Shown here one piece after another: positions 27,491 through 38,942 of a stretch of 64,000 nucleotides of DNA. The position numbers were made by a program, and so were the translations under genes. The notes under the pieces are model-generated. The model did not search any database and was not told the DNA's origin. It saw only the letters and a program-made list of their open reading frames with translations. Every line of letters begins with the position of its first letter. Positions within the stretch are counted from its first letter, which is position 1. The DNA lies in the NCBI GenBank assembly GCA_963747175.1, contig CAVVDW010000021.1, positions 612 to 64,611 of the forward strand, written 5' to 3'. The DNA comes from an uncultured Alphaproteobacteria bacterium (GTDB lineage Bacteria; Pseudomonadota; Alphaproteobacteria; Rhizobiales; Methyloligellaceae).

Positions 27491-29440
27491 ATGTCGCAAA
27501 TCTGCCTGACGTTCCCCGATGGTTCCGCCCGCGCCTTCAAGCAAGGCATCACGGGGCGCGACATTGCCGAGCAGATCTCCAAATCCCTTGCCAAAAAGGC
27601 CGTCGCCGTCCAGCTCGACGGCAAGACGCGCGACCTTGCCGAGCCGATCAAGGACAACGCCAAGATCCGCATCCTGACGCGCGAGGATAAGGAGGCGCTT
27701 GATCTGATCCGCCACGACGCGGCACACGTGATGGCCGAAGCGGTGCAGGAGCTCTATCCCGGCACGCAGGTCACTATCGGCCCGGTCATCGAGAACGGCT
27801 TCTATTACGACTTCGCGCGGAAGGAGCCGTTTACGCCGGACGATCTGCCGAGGATCGAGGCGAAGATGGCCGAGATTGTCGCTCGCGACCGCCCCTTCAC
27901 GTGCGAGGTGGTGGATCGCAATAAGGCGAAAGCGTTGTTCAAGAAGAAGGGCGAGACCTTCAAGCTCGAGCTGATCGACGCCATCCCCGAGGGCGAGGAG
28001 GTCAAGCTCTATTCGCAAGGCGATTGGCTCGATCTCTGCCGCGGGCCGCATATGACCTCGACCGGCAAGGTCGGCAAGGGATTCAAGCTGCTTAAGATCG
28101 CCGGCGCCTATTGGCGCGGGGATTCGTCGAAGCCGATGCTCCAGCGCATCTACGGCACTGCCTGGGCAAGCGAGGAAGACCTCAAGGCCTATCTCAATCA
28201 GCTCGAAGAGGCGGAGAAGCGCGACCACCGCCGCCTGGGGCGCGAGATGGACCTGTTCCACTTCCAGGAGGAAGCGCCCGGCGCCGTGTTCTGGCACGCC
28301 AAGGGCTGGGCGCTGTTCACCGCTCTGATCGGCTATATGCGCCGCCGCCAGAACCAATGGGGCTATGTCGAGGTCAACTCGCCCGACATGATGGAGCGGA
28401 CGCTGTGGGAGCAGTCGGGCCATTGGGAGAAGTTCGGCGACCATATGTACGTCACCGAGACGCCCGACGAGCGCATCTATTGCTGCAAGCCCATGAACTG
28501 TCCGGGGCACGTGCAGATCTTCAAGCACGGGCTCAAGAGCTATCGCGATCTTCCCTTGTGCATCGCCGAGTTCGGCAAGGTGCATCGCTATGAGCCGTCA
28601 GGCGCGCTGCACGGACTCTTGCGCGTGCGTCACTTCACGCAGGACGATGCGCATATCTTCGCGACCGAGGACCAGATCACAGAGGAATGCATCAGACTCA
28701 ATGAGCAGATGCTGTCGATCTATCGCGACTTTGGCTTCACCGATGTGCGCATCAAATTCTCGGACCGGCCGGAAAAGCGGGTCGGCTCGGATGAGGTGTG
28801 GGACAAGGCGGAACCTGCGCTCAAGCGCGCGGTGGAGGCGGCGGGTCTGAGCTACGAGCTCAACCCGGGTGAGGGCGCCTTCTATGGGCCCAAGCTCGAA
28901 TATGTGTTGCGCGACGCGATCGGGCGCGATTGGCAATGCGGCACGATCCAGGTCGATCTCAATATGCCGGGCCGGCTCGGCGCCTTCTATATCGGCCCGG
29001 ACGGCGAGAAGAAGCTCCCAGTGATGATCCATCGCGCCATGTTCGGTTCGCTCGAGCGCTTCACCGGCATCCTCATCGAGCATTATGCGGGTCACCTGCC
29101 GCTCTGGCTCGCGCCGACGCAGGCGATCGTCGCCACTATCGTGTCCGACGCCGACGACTATGCCGGCGAGGTGCTGGAGAAGCTGAAGAAGGCCGGGCTC
29201 AGAGCCGAGGCCGATCTCCGCAACGAGAAGATCAACTACAAGGTGCGCGAGCATTCGCTCGCCAAGGTGCCGGTGCTGCTCGTGGTCGGCAAGCTCGAGG
29301 CCGAGGAGAAGACCGTCTCGGTGCGGCGGCTCGGCTCGCAGAAGCAGGAGGTGATGAGCCTCGATGTAGCCGTGAAGACGCTTCTCGATGAGTCGGTGCC
29401 GCCTGATCTCCGCGAGGCGGCCAAGGCCAAGGCGGCTTAG
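27491..29440 (+). CDS. thrS: Threonine--tRNA ligase
   Basis: TGS domain, [40 protein letters not shown]. Confidence 0.98.
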   Translation: MSQICLTFPDGSARAFKQGITGRDIAEQISKSLAKKAVAVQLDGKTRDLAEPIKDNAKIRILTREDKEALDLIRHDAAHVMAEAVQELYPGTQVTIGPVIENGFYYDFARKEPFTPDDLPRIEAKMAEIVARDRPFTCEVVDRNKAKALFKKKGETFKLELIDAIPEGEEVKLYSQGDWLDLCRGPHMTSTGKVGKGFKLLKIAGAYWRGDSSKPMLQRIYGTAWASEEDLKAYLNQLEEAEKRDHRRLGREMDLFHFQEEAPGAVFWHAKGWALFTALIGYMRRRQNQWGYVEVNSPDMMERTLWEQSGHWEKFGDHMYVTETPDERIYCCKPMNCPGHVQIFKHGLKSYRDLPLCIAEFGKVHRYEPSGALHGLLRVRHFTQDDAHIFATEDQITEECIRLNEQMLSIYRDFGFTDVRIKFSDRPEKRVGSDEVWDKAEPALKRAVEAAGLSYELNPGEGAFYGPKLEYVLRDAIGRDWQCGTIQVDLNMPGRLGAFYIGPDGEKKLPVMIHRAMFGSLERFTGILIEHYAGHLPLWLAPTQAIVATIVSDADDYAGEVLEKLKKAGLRAEADLRNEKINYKVREHSLAKVPVLLVVGKLEAEEKTVSVRRLGSQKQEVMSLDVAVKTLLDESVPPDLREAAKAKAA

Positions 29441-29448
29441 CCTAGCGA

Positions 29449-30081
29449 ATGGCAAGGCCGCACTCGATCTTCACCATCGGGCATTCGAACCACGCGCTCG
29501 CGAAGTTCATTGCGCTGTTGCAGGGCGCTGAGGTGACGGCGATCGCTGATGTGCGCTCGGCGCCGGTCTCGCGCTTCGCGCCTCACTTCAACAAAGATCG
29601 CTTGGCGACCTCGCTTGCCGAGCAAGGCATTGCCTATGTCTTTCTCGGCAAGGAGCTCGGGGGGCGCCCGCAGCTGCCCGAACTGTTCAGCGACGGCGTC
29701 GCCGATTACGAGAAGATGGCTGCGCTCCCCTCGTTCCAGGCCGGAATCGACCGGCTCATCACGGGTGCCGAAAGCCATCGCGTCGCAACAATGTGTGCCG
29801 AGGCCGATCCGCTCGACTGCCATCGCTGCCTGCTCGTCGGACGGGCCTTGGCCGAGGAAGGCGTCGATGTCGGCCATATCCTGTCCTCAGGACAGGTGCT
29901 TACCCACGCGGAGATCGAGGATCGGCTGCTCGATCTGGCCGGGCTCACCGATGAAAACCTGCTGGCCGCCTCACGTGGCGAGCGTCTGGCCGAAGCTTAT
30001 CGCGCCCGCGCGCGAAAGGCCGCTTATGCCGTGCGGAAGGCGTCGGTCAGCGCGAAGGGCGGAAGAGCGCGCCGGGATTGA
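29449..30081 (+). CDS. DUF488 domain protein
   Basis: IFTIGHSNH, DVRS.P.SR, MCAE.DP..CHR. Confidence 0.9.
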   Translation: MARPHSIFTIGHSNHALAKFIALLQGAEVTAIADVRSAPVSRFAPHFNKDRLATSLAEQGIAYVFLGKELGGRPQLPELFSDGVADYEKMAALPSFQAGIDRLITGAESHRVATMCAEADPLDCHRCLLVGRALAEEGVDVGHILSSGQVLTHAEIEDRLLDLAGLTDENLLAASRGERLAEAYRARARKAAYAVRKASVSAKGGRARRD

Positions 30082-32017
30082 TGAGGGGCGCGTTCGGATC
30101 GGCGGGGCCGCTATCGAAGCCGAGGCCTGTGTTGCCCGACGGAGCGCCGTCGCCGGCGATGCCGCCGGACGGCGGCGATGGCGGTGGCGGGGGCGGCGGC
30201 GGATCGAGCAATTCCTTGAGGGCCTCTGGCGTCGTGGGGCCGTCCTCGACCACGACCTCGATCTGCTTCGGTTCACTGGACTCGATCGAGAACTTCCGCG
30301 TGTAGTCCAGCCCGCTATGATCGGCGACGACCGCGTAGCTGCCGGTTGCGAGAATGTGGGTCGGCAACGCGCCGGCGTTTTCCTTCACCACGTCGCCCGC
30401 CGAGGTGAGAATCTTCCATTTGGTATCAGCGAGCGCCTCGCCTCCCAAGGTCTGCACCAGCCTGAAGGTGACCTTGGCCCCGGTCTGCTTCACCGTCGCC
30501 TCGGTGATCTTGCCGGGCTCGACCGTCACGTCGCACTTAACCTTCGCATTCGCATCGCCGTAGAGGCTGACGATGTGATAGGCGCCGGCATTGAGGCGGA
30601 TGACCACGCCGGGCTTGGCGTTGCCGAGGATCCTGTGGCGATTGCCGAACTGATCCTCCTCGTCCGAGAAGATGTCGAAGCGGACGCTTCCCTCCGGCAG
30701 CGGATCGCCGTTCGGCAGCGTCGCCGAGAGCTTCAGCGCGCCGGTATTGAGCACGAAGGTTTCCTCGATCGACTTCCCGCTTTCCACCGTGATCTTCTTG
30801 GTGAGGTTGGAGAGACCGTAAGCGGCGTTGACCAGGTAGTCGCCGGGAAGGAGAGCCGCCGTCGGCATCGCCTCGCGATGGGTGGCGATAAGTTTGCGCG
30901 TGCCGTCGGGAGAGAGCGCCGCGGAATAGACGCGCCACACGAGCCCTGAATCGAGCTTCGGTCCCTGCTCGGTGACGAGCGCCTTGAAGGTGACGGGGAC
31001 CGGCAGCTTGAGCTCTGGCGCCGTTGGCTTGGGAGGCGCCACGGGCCTGGCGAGCAGGAGCGACTGGCTTTGAGCCGGTACCGATTTGTTTACCGCGGTC
31101 TCGCCGCTCGCTGCTGGCGGCGGCGCGGCTTGTGGCTGCGATTTCACCGCGGCCGAACTTTCCCCGGTAGCTTGCGGCTCGATAACAGGGGGAGGGATGT
31201 CGATGGTGCGGACGCGGGACGGCACCGGCGCGTCTCCCGCATTTGGCGCCGGAACAGCGGGAGCGGCCGCATCGTCATCGCCGCCGCTCTCGGCGTCTTG
31301 GTCGGCGGCTTCGCTCGCCACTTCAGGCTGCGCGGCGTCTGCGCTGGATGCGGCATCGAGAACCGTGGCGAGGCCTTGCTTGAACTCGTCCTGATTGGTC
31401 GCCGCGACGAAGGTGCCGCCGGTCACAGCCGCCACACAAGCGAGCGGCTTGAGGCTCGCCTCCTTGTCGTCGAGCCCGATCACATGGATGCGCAGGCCTT
31501 GGGTCTTCTGTTTCAGAGAGGCGGCGGTTGCGCAGATATCGGCGTCGCAGCTATCGCCACCGTCGGCGATCAGCACGATTTCGAGCTTCGCGTTTGCCGC
31601 TTGCGTGTTTTTGGCGGCGTCGCTCAGGGCTGCTGCGACCGGAGCCGCGCCCTTCGGCTTGATCGCGCCGAGCATTTTCGCTTGCGTCTCCGCGGTGAGC
31701 ACTCCGGGCTTCGCCAACAGCTCGCTGTCGGCGCAGTTCGAGGCCTTGCGGTGGCCGAAGGCGACGAGGCCGAACGACAGCCGGTCGCCGTAAGTGCTGA
31801 TGGCCTTGCCGAGCTCGGAGCGGACGGTCGTGATCTTGCTCGCGCCCCCGACCTTCTCGTTCATGCTGCTCGAGGCATCGAGCACGATGATGGTCGAGGG
31901 GAGTCCGGGATCGGTGACCGGGGCTGGCGCGTCCTTGGCGAGAGCGGCCGCCCCCGCTCCAAGAAGAGCGGCGGGCAGGAGCGCAAGCCTAAGCCCCGCG
32001 CAGCGTTTCCCCCGCAT
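30047..32017 (-). CDS. Secreted vWA-domain protein with Pro/Ala linker and C-terminal beta domains
   Basis: Signal peptide; MIDAS DASSS; ADGGDSC. Confidence 0.85.
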   Translation of the reverse strand: MRGKRCAGLRLALLPAALLGAGAAALAKDAPAPVTDPGLPSTIIVLDASSSMNEKVGGASKITTVRSELGKAISTYGDRLSFGLVAFGHRKASNCADSELLAKPGVLTAETQAKMLGAIKPKGAAPVAAALSDAAKNTQAANAKLEIVLIADGGDSCDADICATAASLKQKTQGLRIHVIGLDDKEASLKPLACVAAVTGGTFVAATNQDEFKQGLATVLDAASSADAAQPEVASEAADQDAESGGDDDAAAPAVPAPNAGDAPVPSRVRTIDIPPPVIEPQATGESSAAVKSQPQAAPPPAASGETAVNKSVPAQSQSLLLARPVAPPKPTAPELKLPVPVTFKALVTEQGPKLDSGLVWRVYSAALSPDGTRKLIATHREAMPTAALLPGDYLVNAAYGLSNLTKKITVESGKSIEETFVLNTGALKLSATLPNGDPLPEGSVRFDIFSDEEDQFGNRHRILGNAKPGVVIRLNAGAYHIVSLYGDANAKVKCDVTVEPGKITEATVKQTGAKVTFRLVQTLGGEALADTKWKILTSAGDVVKENAGALPTHILATGSYAVVADHSGLDYTRKFSIESSEPKQIEVVVEDGPTTPEALKELLDPPPPPPPPSPPSGGIAGDGAPSGNTGLGFDSGPADPNAPLINPGALFRPSR

Positions 32018-32218
32018 GGCGTCTGCTCCGATAGTCTGGCCGCGCGCTGTTATACCTTTTTCCGGCACGCATATTCGCGCGAAATTCCTTTGGGAATGAG
32101 GCCGATTTGGGGAGGTTTGGCGGAGTCCGACGCTGCGGCAAAGCGCTGAAATCCGCCATTGTTCCAGCCGTGTTTTCGCGATAGGGAACGCGACCTTTTG
32201 GCCCACGCGGCGACCTTC

Positions 32219-32791
32219 ATGACCAATCCCGTTATCGACCTTCTCCTCACTCGCCGCTCCGTTTCGGCCAACAGCCTCGGCGAGCCCGGGCCAAGCCCTG
32301 CCGAGCTTGAGCTGATCCTGCGCGCTGCCTCGCGCGTCTCCGACCACAAGAAGCTCGTGCCGTGGCGCTTCTTGTTGTTCCAAGGCGAGGCGCGGGAGGC
32401 TTTCGGCAAGGTGCTGGCGGAGGTTTGCGCCGCCGAGGAGAGCGATCCCGGGCAGTTCCGGCTGGAGAACGAGGCGAAGCGTTTCTTGCGCGCGCCGCTC
32501 GTCATCGCCGTGATCTCACGCGTGGTGAAGAACCCGGCGGCGCCGGAATGGGAGCAGGTGCTTTCGGCCGGCGCCTCCTGCCAGAACCTCGTCCTCGCTG
32601 CGACCGCGCTCGGCTATGGGGTGCAATGGATCACCGAGTGGTACGGCTATAGCGAGGGTGTGCGAAAGGCTCTGTCTCTGGCGGAAAACGAGCGCGTCGC
32701 CGGCTTCATCTATATCGGTACGGCGAAGGAGAAGCCCGACGAGCGCGAGCGGCCGAGCCTTGCCAATATCGTTGCGCCTTGGCGTCCATAG
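32219..32791 (+). CDS. Nitroreductase family protein, YdjA-like
   Basis: LLTRRS, RV.DHKKL.PWRF, QW.TEW, AGFIYIGT. Confidence 0.9.
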   Translation: MTNPVIDLLLTRRSVSANSLGEPGPSPAELELILRAASRVSDHKKLVPWRFLLFQGEAREAFGKVLAEVCAAEESDPGQFRLENEAKRFLRAPLVIAVISRVVKNPAAPEWEQVLSAGASCQNLVLAATALGYGVQWITEWYGYSEGVRKALSLAENERVAGFIYIGTAKEKPDERERPSLANIVAPWRP

Positions 32792-32809
32792 CGGGCGGGG
32801 ACAATTGCC

Positions 32810-33424
32810 ATGTTCTACGACGCGGTCGCCAACACTCACGGACTTGCCGCGGACCCCTTCAAGGCGCTCGTCGCGCCGCGGCCGATCGGCTGGATCTCGA
32901 CGCTCGGCAAGAACGGCATCGTCAATCTCGCGCCCTACAGCTTCTTCAACGCCGTGTCGGAAGACCCGCATTTCGTGATGTTCGCCTCGGGCGGACGCAA
33001 GGACAGCCAGCGCAACGCCGAGGAGACGGGAGAGTTCGTCTGTTCTCTCGCGACCTACGAGCTGCGCGAGGTGATGAGCCGCACTTCGGCTCCGGTCGCG
33101 CCAGACGTCGACGAGATGAAGCTCGTCGGACTGACGCCCGCGCCTTGCCGCTTCGTCGCGCCGCCGCGGGTGAAGGAGTCTCCGGTTGCCTTCGAGTGCC
33201 GCTATTGGCGCACGATCGATCTGCCAGGCAAGGATGGTGGGCCTAGCACGCATGCGATCGTGCTCGGCCAGGTGGTCGGCATCCATATCGCAAACGAGGC
33301 GATCGTCAATGGCAAGGTCGATATCACGCGGCTGAAGCCGATCGCGCGGCTCGGCTATGGCGACTACGCGGTGATCGACAAGGTGTTCACCATAAAGCGC
33401 CCCACCCCGACGTCAGAGGTCTGA
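32810..33424 (+). CDS. Flavin reductase family protein
   Basis: PRPIGWIST, NLAPYSFFN, PPRV.ESP..FEC. Confidence 0.9.
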   Translation: MFYDAVANTHGLAADPFKALVAPRPIGWISTLGKNGIVNLAPYSFFNAVSEDPHFVMFASGGRKDSQRNAEETGEFVCSLATYELREVMSRTSAPVAPDVDEMKLVGLTPAPCRFVAPPRVKESPVAFECRYWRTIDLPGKDGGPSTHAIVLGQVVGIHIANEAIVNGKVDITRLKPIARLGYGDYAVIDKVFTIKRPTPTSEV

Positions 33425-33426
33425 CG

Positions 33427-34197
33427 TCAGAAGCCGAACTGCTCGGCCAAGATGCGCTCGGCAAGTGTGTGGCCAGGATCGAACATCATGAAGATGTCGA
33501 TGCCGCTCTCCTCCATCACCTCGACGCGCACCACGTTGCGGAACTCGGTATGGTCGGCGGTTGCGCTCACCGGGCGTTTGTCGGGCTCGAGCACCTCGAT
33601 CATGACCTTGGCGCCATTCGGCAGGAGCGCGCCACGCCAGCGGCGCGGACGGAACGGGCTGATCGGGGTGAGCGCGAGCAGGCCGGCATTGATCGGCAGG
33701 ATCGGCCCGTGCGCCGAGAGATTATAGGCGGTCGAGCCGGCAGGAGTTGAGACGAGCACGCCATCGCAGATCAGCTCGGCGAGGCGCACGGTGCTGTCGA
33801 CCGAGATCTTCAGTTTGGCTGCTTGATAAATCTGGCGGAACAGCGAGACCTCGTTGATGGCGAGAGCCTCCCGCTTGACGCCCTTGGCATCGTGCGTCGT
33901 CATGCGCAGCGGATGGATCACGGTGATCTCAGCCTTCGTCAGCCGCTCTTTCAGCCCATCCTCGCTATAGTCGTTGAGCAGGAAGCCGACCGAGCCCCGG
34001 TTCATGCCGTAAATCGGGATGCGGCTATTGAGGTGGGCGTGCATGGTCTGCAACATCAGCCCGTCCCCACCAAGGGCGACGATGGCGTCGGCGCCTTCCG
34101 GGGATGCGTCGCCATAACGCTTGGTCAGCGCCACGCGCGCCTCTTGGGCTTCTTGCGTGTCGCTGGCGACGAAGGCGATTTTGTCGAAGCGGGCCAT
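33427..34197 (-). CDS. nadK: NAD kinase
   Basis: [29 protein letters not shown]. Confidence 0.93.
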   Translation of the reverse strand: MARFDKIAFVASDTQEAQEARVALTKRYGDASPEGADAIVALGGDGLMLQTMHAHLNSRIPIYGMNRGSVGFLLNDYSEDGLKERLTKAEITVIHPLRMTTHDAKGVKREALAINEVSLFRQIYQAAKLKISVDSTVRLAELICDGVLVSTPAGSTAYNLSAHGPILPINAGLLALTPISPFRPRRWRGALLPNGAKVMIEVLEPDKRPVSATADHTEFRNVVRVEVMEESGIDIFMMFDPGHTLAERILAEQFGF

Positions 34198-34298
34198 GAC
34201 CATGTCGATGCGCTTGGAGCTTGCTTAAGAAGCGGGCAGTATAAACGCGACCGCGCGCCCTCAATGCAAGTCCCTCGATGGGCGAGGATGGTGAATCC

Positions 34299-34640
34299 AT
34301 GGCGAACGCTGATCGGGTCGTCCTGATCTATACGACCTTGCCGACGCTCGACGACGCCAGGCGCGTGGGCGAAGCGCTGGTCGCGGCCAAGCTCGCAGCG
34401 TGCGTCAACATGTTCCCGGGCATGATCTCGATCTTCGAGTGGAAGGGCGTGCGCGAGGAGGCGAGCGAGGTCGCCATGATCATCAAAACGCGCGCCGCTC
34501 TGGCCGATGACGTGCTTGCCGAGATGAAGCGGCTCCATCCTTACGAGCTGCCGGCGCTGCTCGTTTTGCCGACCGAAGGCGGCAGTGCGGAATATTGCGG
34601 CTGGATCGTAAGCGAGACCGGAGGCGGGGCGGCGCGATGA
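34299..34640 (+). CDS. cutA: Divalent-cation tolerance protein CutA
   Basis: LAACVN, S...WKG, HPYE.P. Confidence 0.9.
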   Translation: MANADRVVLIYTTLPTLDDARRVGEALVAAKLAACVNMFPGMISIFEWKGVREEASEVAMIIKTRAALADDVLAEMKRLHPYELPALLVLPTEGGSAEYCGWIVSETGGGAAR

Positions 34641-36142
34641 GCGAGCGCTACGTGCTCGCCATCGATCAGGGCACGACCAGCACGCGCGCCATCCTGTTCG
34701 ATGCCAAGGCGAGCCCCTGCGCGACCGCGCAAACTCAACTCACGCAGATCTATCCAGCGCCGGGGTTCGTCGAGCACGCCCCTGAGGAGATTTTCCGTTC
34801 GGTGATCGAAACGGGGCGCGCGGCCGTTGCCGAGGTGGGCGCGAGCGCCATTGCGGCTATCGGCATCACCAATCAGCGCGAGACGACCGTCGTGTGGGAA
34901 AGGGCGACGGGGAGGCCGCTTGCCAATGCCATCGTCTGGCAGGACCGCCGCACGGCCGATCTTTGCGCCGAGCTTCGCGAGGAGGGCTGGGGTGCTCATG
35001 TCGCCGAGACGACGGGGCTGATCATCGATCCTTATTTCTCAGCGACCAAGCTCGCCTTTCTGTTGCGCCATGTGCCGGGATTGGAGGCGCGGGCAAGAAA
35101 AGGCGAAGTCTGCTTCGGGACCGTCGACAGCTTTCTCGTGTTCAGGCTGACCGGCGGCAGACTGCATGTGACCGACGCCTCTAACGCCGCGCGCACCATG
35201 CTCTACGACATCAGGTCCGGGTGGTGGGACGAGAGGCTGCTCGACCGGCTCGACGTGCCGCGGGCTATGCTGCCGGAAGTTCGCGACAGCCAGGGCGATT
35301 ATGGTGAGACCTCACCTGAGCATTTCGGCGCGGCGCTTCCTCTTCGAGCCGTCGCCGGAGACCAGCAGGCCGCCGCCTATGGTCAGGCCTGCTTCAAGCC
35401 CGGAATGCTGAAGGCGACTTATGGCACAGGCTGCTTCGTGCTCGCCAACACGGGCGCGGAGAAGATCGCCTCGGCGACGCGCATGCTGTCGACCGTGTTC
35501 CATCAGCTCGATGGCAAGCGGAGCTTCGCGCTCGAAGGCGCGATCTTCATGGCGGGCGCCACGGTGCAGTGGCTCCGAGACAGTCTTGGGCTGATTGCCA
35601 CCGCTGCCGAGAGCGAGGCGCTGGCGCGGCAAGCCGACCCAAGCTCGGGCGTCTATCTCGTCCCAGCCTTCCAAGGGCTCGGCGCGCCGTTCTGGGATGC
35701 AGGCGCCAAGGGGGCGGTGCTCGGCATGACGCTCGCCGCATCAAAGGCCGATCTCGTGGCCGCTGGGCTCGAGGCCGTGGCCTTCCAGACGCGCGATCTG
35801 CTCATCGCCATGCGCCGCGACATGGCGGTGAGCGCAATACCTCTTCCGCCAGTGCTCCGCGTGGATGGCGGCATGACCAGCAATGGTTGGTTCCTGCAAC
35901 GGCTTGCCGACATTCTCGGCGAGCGTGTCGAGGTCGCGCTGTACCCTGAGACGACGGCTCTCGGCGCCGCCTATCACGCGGGGCAGGCGCTCGGCCTTTA
36001 TGGGGATGCGGCGGAGCTCGAGGCGATGTGGAAGCCGGGCGCTGCCTTCGAGCCAATCATGAGCGCATCCGAGCGTGAAGCACGCTATGGCGGCTGGCTC
36101 GATGCGGTCGCTCGGGTCAGGAGCGAGATAGAGGCATGCTAA
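34637..36142 (+). CDS. glpK: Glycerol kinase
   Basis: DQGTTSTR, GITNQRET, DPYFSATK, GDQQAA, K.TYGTGCF, RVDGG. Confidence 0.95.
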   Translation: MSERYVLAIDQGTTSTRAILFDAKASPCATAQTQLTQIYPAPGFVEHAPEEIFRSVIETGRAAVAEVGASAIAAIGITNQRETTVVWERATGRPLANAIVWQDRRTADLCAELREEGWGAHVAETTGLIIDPYFSATKLAFLLRHVPGLEARARKGEVCFGTVDSFLVFRLTGGRLHVTDASNAARTMLYDIRSGWWDERLLDRLDVPRAMLPEVRDSQGDYGETSPEHFGAALPLRAVAGDQQAAAYGQACFKPGMLKATYGTGCFVLANTGAEKIASATRMLSTVFHQLDGKRSFALEGAIFMAGATVQWLRDSLGLIATAAESEALARQADPSSGVYLVPAFQGLGAPFWDAGAKGAVLGMTLAASKADLVAAGLEAVAFQTRDLLIAMRRDMAVSAIPLPPVLRVDGGMTSNGWFLQRLADILGERVEVALYPETTALGAAYHAGQALGLYGDAAELEAMWKPGAAFEPIMSASEREARYGGWLDAVARVRSEIEAC

Positions 36143-36248
36143 AATCGGCGTTGGGCAACGCCCTGTGAAGCGTCATAGAACCGTCTTGGCACTGTCATAG
36201 TTTTCTATCAGGGCTTGTCCGCGACAGGGGGCAGAGTGGGGTAGACGC

Positions 36249-36611
36249 ATGACGATCGCTGCAATCGATTTCCAGCTTCTTGCCAATGCGGGGTTCCCGC
36301 CCGCAAATTTTGCTCCCGGCGAGGTGATCTTCGCCAAGGGCGACAAGGGCGACAAGATGTACGTGATCCGCTCGGGCGAGATCGAGATCGAGCGGGACGG
36401 CAAAATCGTCGAGACGCTGTCATCGGGGGGGATTTTTGGCGAGATGGCCCTGATCGACGGTTCGCGCCGGGCTGCCACCGCGCGGGCCAAGACGACTTGC
36501 GAGGTTGCCCCGATTACTGAGAAGAGCTTCCTCTTCCTCGTGCACGAGACGCCGTTCTTCGCCATCGCCGTGATGCGGACGCTCGCCGAGCGGCTAAGGC
36601 GCGCGGCCTAG
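36249..36611 (+). CDS. Stand-alone cyclic-nucleotide-binding domain protein
   Basis: FGEMALIDGSRRAATARA phosphate-binding cassette. Confidence 0.9.
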   Translation: MTIAAIDFQLLANAGFPPANFAPGEVIFAKGDKGDKMYVIRSGEIEIERDGKIVETLSSGGIFGEMALIDGSRRAATARAKTTCEVAPITEKSFLFLVHETPFFAIAVMRTLAERLRRAA

Positions 36612-36656
36612 GAACGCACTTGGCGCAAGAGGTCTAATCTCCTTTCCACCTCCGTC

Positions 36657-38939
36657 TTGCTATTGCCGCTTGCGGAAGCCATGATCGGGCACGTCATCCC
36701 CCAACGGCTTCCGCGTATGTTATCGTTTGAAAATTTGGCCCTCCGGCGCCCTCGCAACGTCGATATGCCGACGCTGGGGCGCGATGCCGTAGCGGGGGCG
36801 ATCTCGGCCGTCGTGCAGATCGCCTACTGCATCTCCTTCGCCGCCCTCATCTTCACCGGTGATCTTGCCGGCGGTTTCTCGCTCGGACTTGCCGGACTTA
36901 TTATGGGTACCGTGGTCACCTGCTTGGTGATCGCGCTCACCTCGACTTTCTCGCCGGTGGTCGGCGGTCCGGATTCACCGGCGGTGGCGGTGATGAGCGT
37001 GCTGGCCGCTTCGATCGCTGCCGCGCTTCAAGCCAAGGGCGCGAGCACTGATGCCATCATCCTCAACGTGCTCGTGGCCCTAACGGTCAGCACGCTGCTC
37101 ACCGGCATCCTGCTCTACGGCACCGGCGCGCTCCGGCTCGGTCAGTGGCTTCGCTTCATTCCTTATCCGGTCATCGGCGGCTTCCTTGCCGCCTCCGGCA
37201 TCCTGCTCCTCACCGGCGGCATGGAGGTCATCACCCAGACCAACCTGACGCTGCAGCCGTCGAGCTGGCAGGTGCTCTATTCGTCGACCTACGGGCCTCA
37301 AATCATCATCGGCACGCTGTTCGCGACCTCGATTCCCATTCTCGGCCGCTTTGTCCCCGCCTACCTCGCCCTGCCGCTCGCCTTCTTCGGGTTTCTTATC
37401 GCTTTGGATGGGGGCCTGTTCTGGTTGGTGAAGGACGAGGCGGTCCGCAGGGCCTGGTTCTTGCCGAGCCTCGGAGAGCTCAGTCTGTGGCTGCCCATCA
37501 ATGCCGTCATGCGTGAGCATGTCGATTGGGGCGTGATCGCCCAGAGCGGCGCCGAGATTGGCTCGTTTTGCGGCGTGATGGCGATCGCGCTTTTGCTCGA
37601 TGTCACGAGCCTTGAGGTGGCGCGGCAAAAGACCGCCGACCTCGACCAGGAGTTCCGCTCGAACGGTCTCGCCAATCTGCTCGCCGCGATGTTCGGCGGA
37701 TTTGGCGGCTCGCTGTCGATGAATGCCTGCATCCTTCTCGACGAGTTGGGGGCGACGACGCGCTGGGCGGGCGCAATCGTCGGCATCGTCTGCGCCATCA
37801 TCCTGTTCTCCGGCGTCGACGTCGGCGGCGTGGTGCCGAAAGCCATCCTCGGCGGAATGCTCGCTTATCTCGGCGTGATGATCATCGTCGAGTTATGGGA
37901 AGCGCCGGCCAAGAGCTCGTGGATGGAGTGGGCTCTGACCGGCGTGATGACTCTCGTCATCATCAATTTCAGCTATTTCATGGGCGTGCTGCTCGGCGTC
38001 ATCGGCGCCTGCCTCATGTTCGCCCTGAGCTATAGCCGTATCGGCGTGATCAGGCGCCATCTTACCCGTTACGAGTTCTCCAGCAATGTCGAGCGCTCGC
38101 CGGAGCAAACGCGCCTGCTGCGCGAAGAGGGCAAGCGGGTCCACGTCTTCTGGCTCTCGGGCTTCATCTTCTTCGGCTCGTCCAACGGTCTGTTCGAGCG
38201 CATCAAGCGGGTCATCGAGGGACAGCAGGACAAACCCGTCGGCTATGTGGTGCTCGACTTCGGCCAGGTTCCAGGTCTCGATACCTCGGCGGTGCTGAGC
38301 CTCGTCAAGCTCCGCAACTATTGCGAGGAGCAGGGAGTCACGCTCGCTTTCTCCGGCTTGAGCGAGATCATGCAGCAAGGCTTCGAGAAAGCAGGGTTCT
38401 TCGGCAGCGAAAGGCCGCACCAATTGTTCGCCAGCCGCAACGAGGCGATCGAATGGTGCGAGGACATGCTGCTCCTCTACCATGAGGTGGGCGATGCTTC
38501 GGTGCACACCTTCGAGTCTTGGCTCGGCAAGGAGTTCGGGGGCCAGCTCGATTTTGCACGCATCGCTTCCTTCATGGAGCGCGAGGAGCTCGAGAAGGGA
38601 GCCTTCCTGTTCCGTCAGGGCGAACCGTCGGATTCGGTCGTGCTCCAGGCCTCAGGCTGCGTCGCCATCACCATCATGGACGAGCATGGCCGCCCGATCA
38701 GGCTAAGGCGCATGGTCGGCCACACCGTGGTGGGCGAGATGGGGTTCTACCGCCACGTGCCGCGCACGGCGAGCGTGATCGCCGAGGTGCCGACAGTGGT
38801 CTACAGGCTCCGCCGCGAGGCCTTCGACAGAATGCAGGCAGCAGACCCTGAGGCTGCGGCAGCTCTCCACAAGCTGATCATCCGCTTGTTGTCCGATCGG
38901 CTCGAATTCGCCAATCGCGAGATCTCGGCGCTGCTCTAG
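36657..38939 (+). CDS. SulP-family transporter with STAS and C-terminal cNMP-binding domain (start uncertain)
   Basis: Many TM segments; STAS (GFIFFGS...VLDF..V..LD.SA); GEMGFY...PRTASV. Confidence 0.9.
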   Translation: MLLPLAEAMIGHVIPQRLPRMLSFENLALRRPRNVDMPTLGRDAVAGAISAVVQIAYCISFAALIFTGDLAGGFSLGLAGLIMGTVVTCLVIALTSTFSPVVGGPDSPAVAVMSVLAASIAAALQAKGASTDAIILNVLVALTVSTLLTGILLYGTGALRLGQWLRFIPYPVIGGFLAASGILLLTGGMEVITQTNLTLQPSSWQVLYSSTYGPQIIIGTLFATSIPILGRFVPAYLALPLAFFGFLIALDGGLFWLVKDEAVRRAWFLPSLGELSLWLPINAVMREHVDWGVIAQSGAEIGSFCGVMAIALLLDVTSLEVARQKTADLDQEFRSNGLANLLAAMFGGFGGSLSMNACILLDELGATTRWAGAIVGIVCAIILFSGVDVGGVVPKAILGGMLAYLGVMIIVELWEAPAKSSWMEWALTGVMTLVIINFSYFMGVLLGVIGACLMFALSYSRIGVIRRHLTRYEFSSNVERSPEQTRLLREEGKRVHVFWLSGFIFFGSSNGLFERIKRVIEGQQDKPVGYVVLDFGQVPGLDTSAVLSLVKLRNYCEEQGVTLAFSGLSEIMQQGFEKAGFFGSERPHQLFASRNEAIEWCEDMLLLYHEVGDASVHTFESWLGKEFGGQLDFARIASFMEREELEKGAFLFRQGEPSDSVVLQASGCVAITIMDEHGRPIRLRRMVGHTVVGEMGFYRHVPRTASVIAEVPTVVYRLRREAFDRMQAADPEAAAALHKLIIRLLSDRLEFANREISALL

Positions 38940-38942
38940 CGC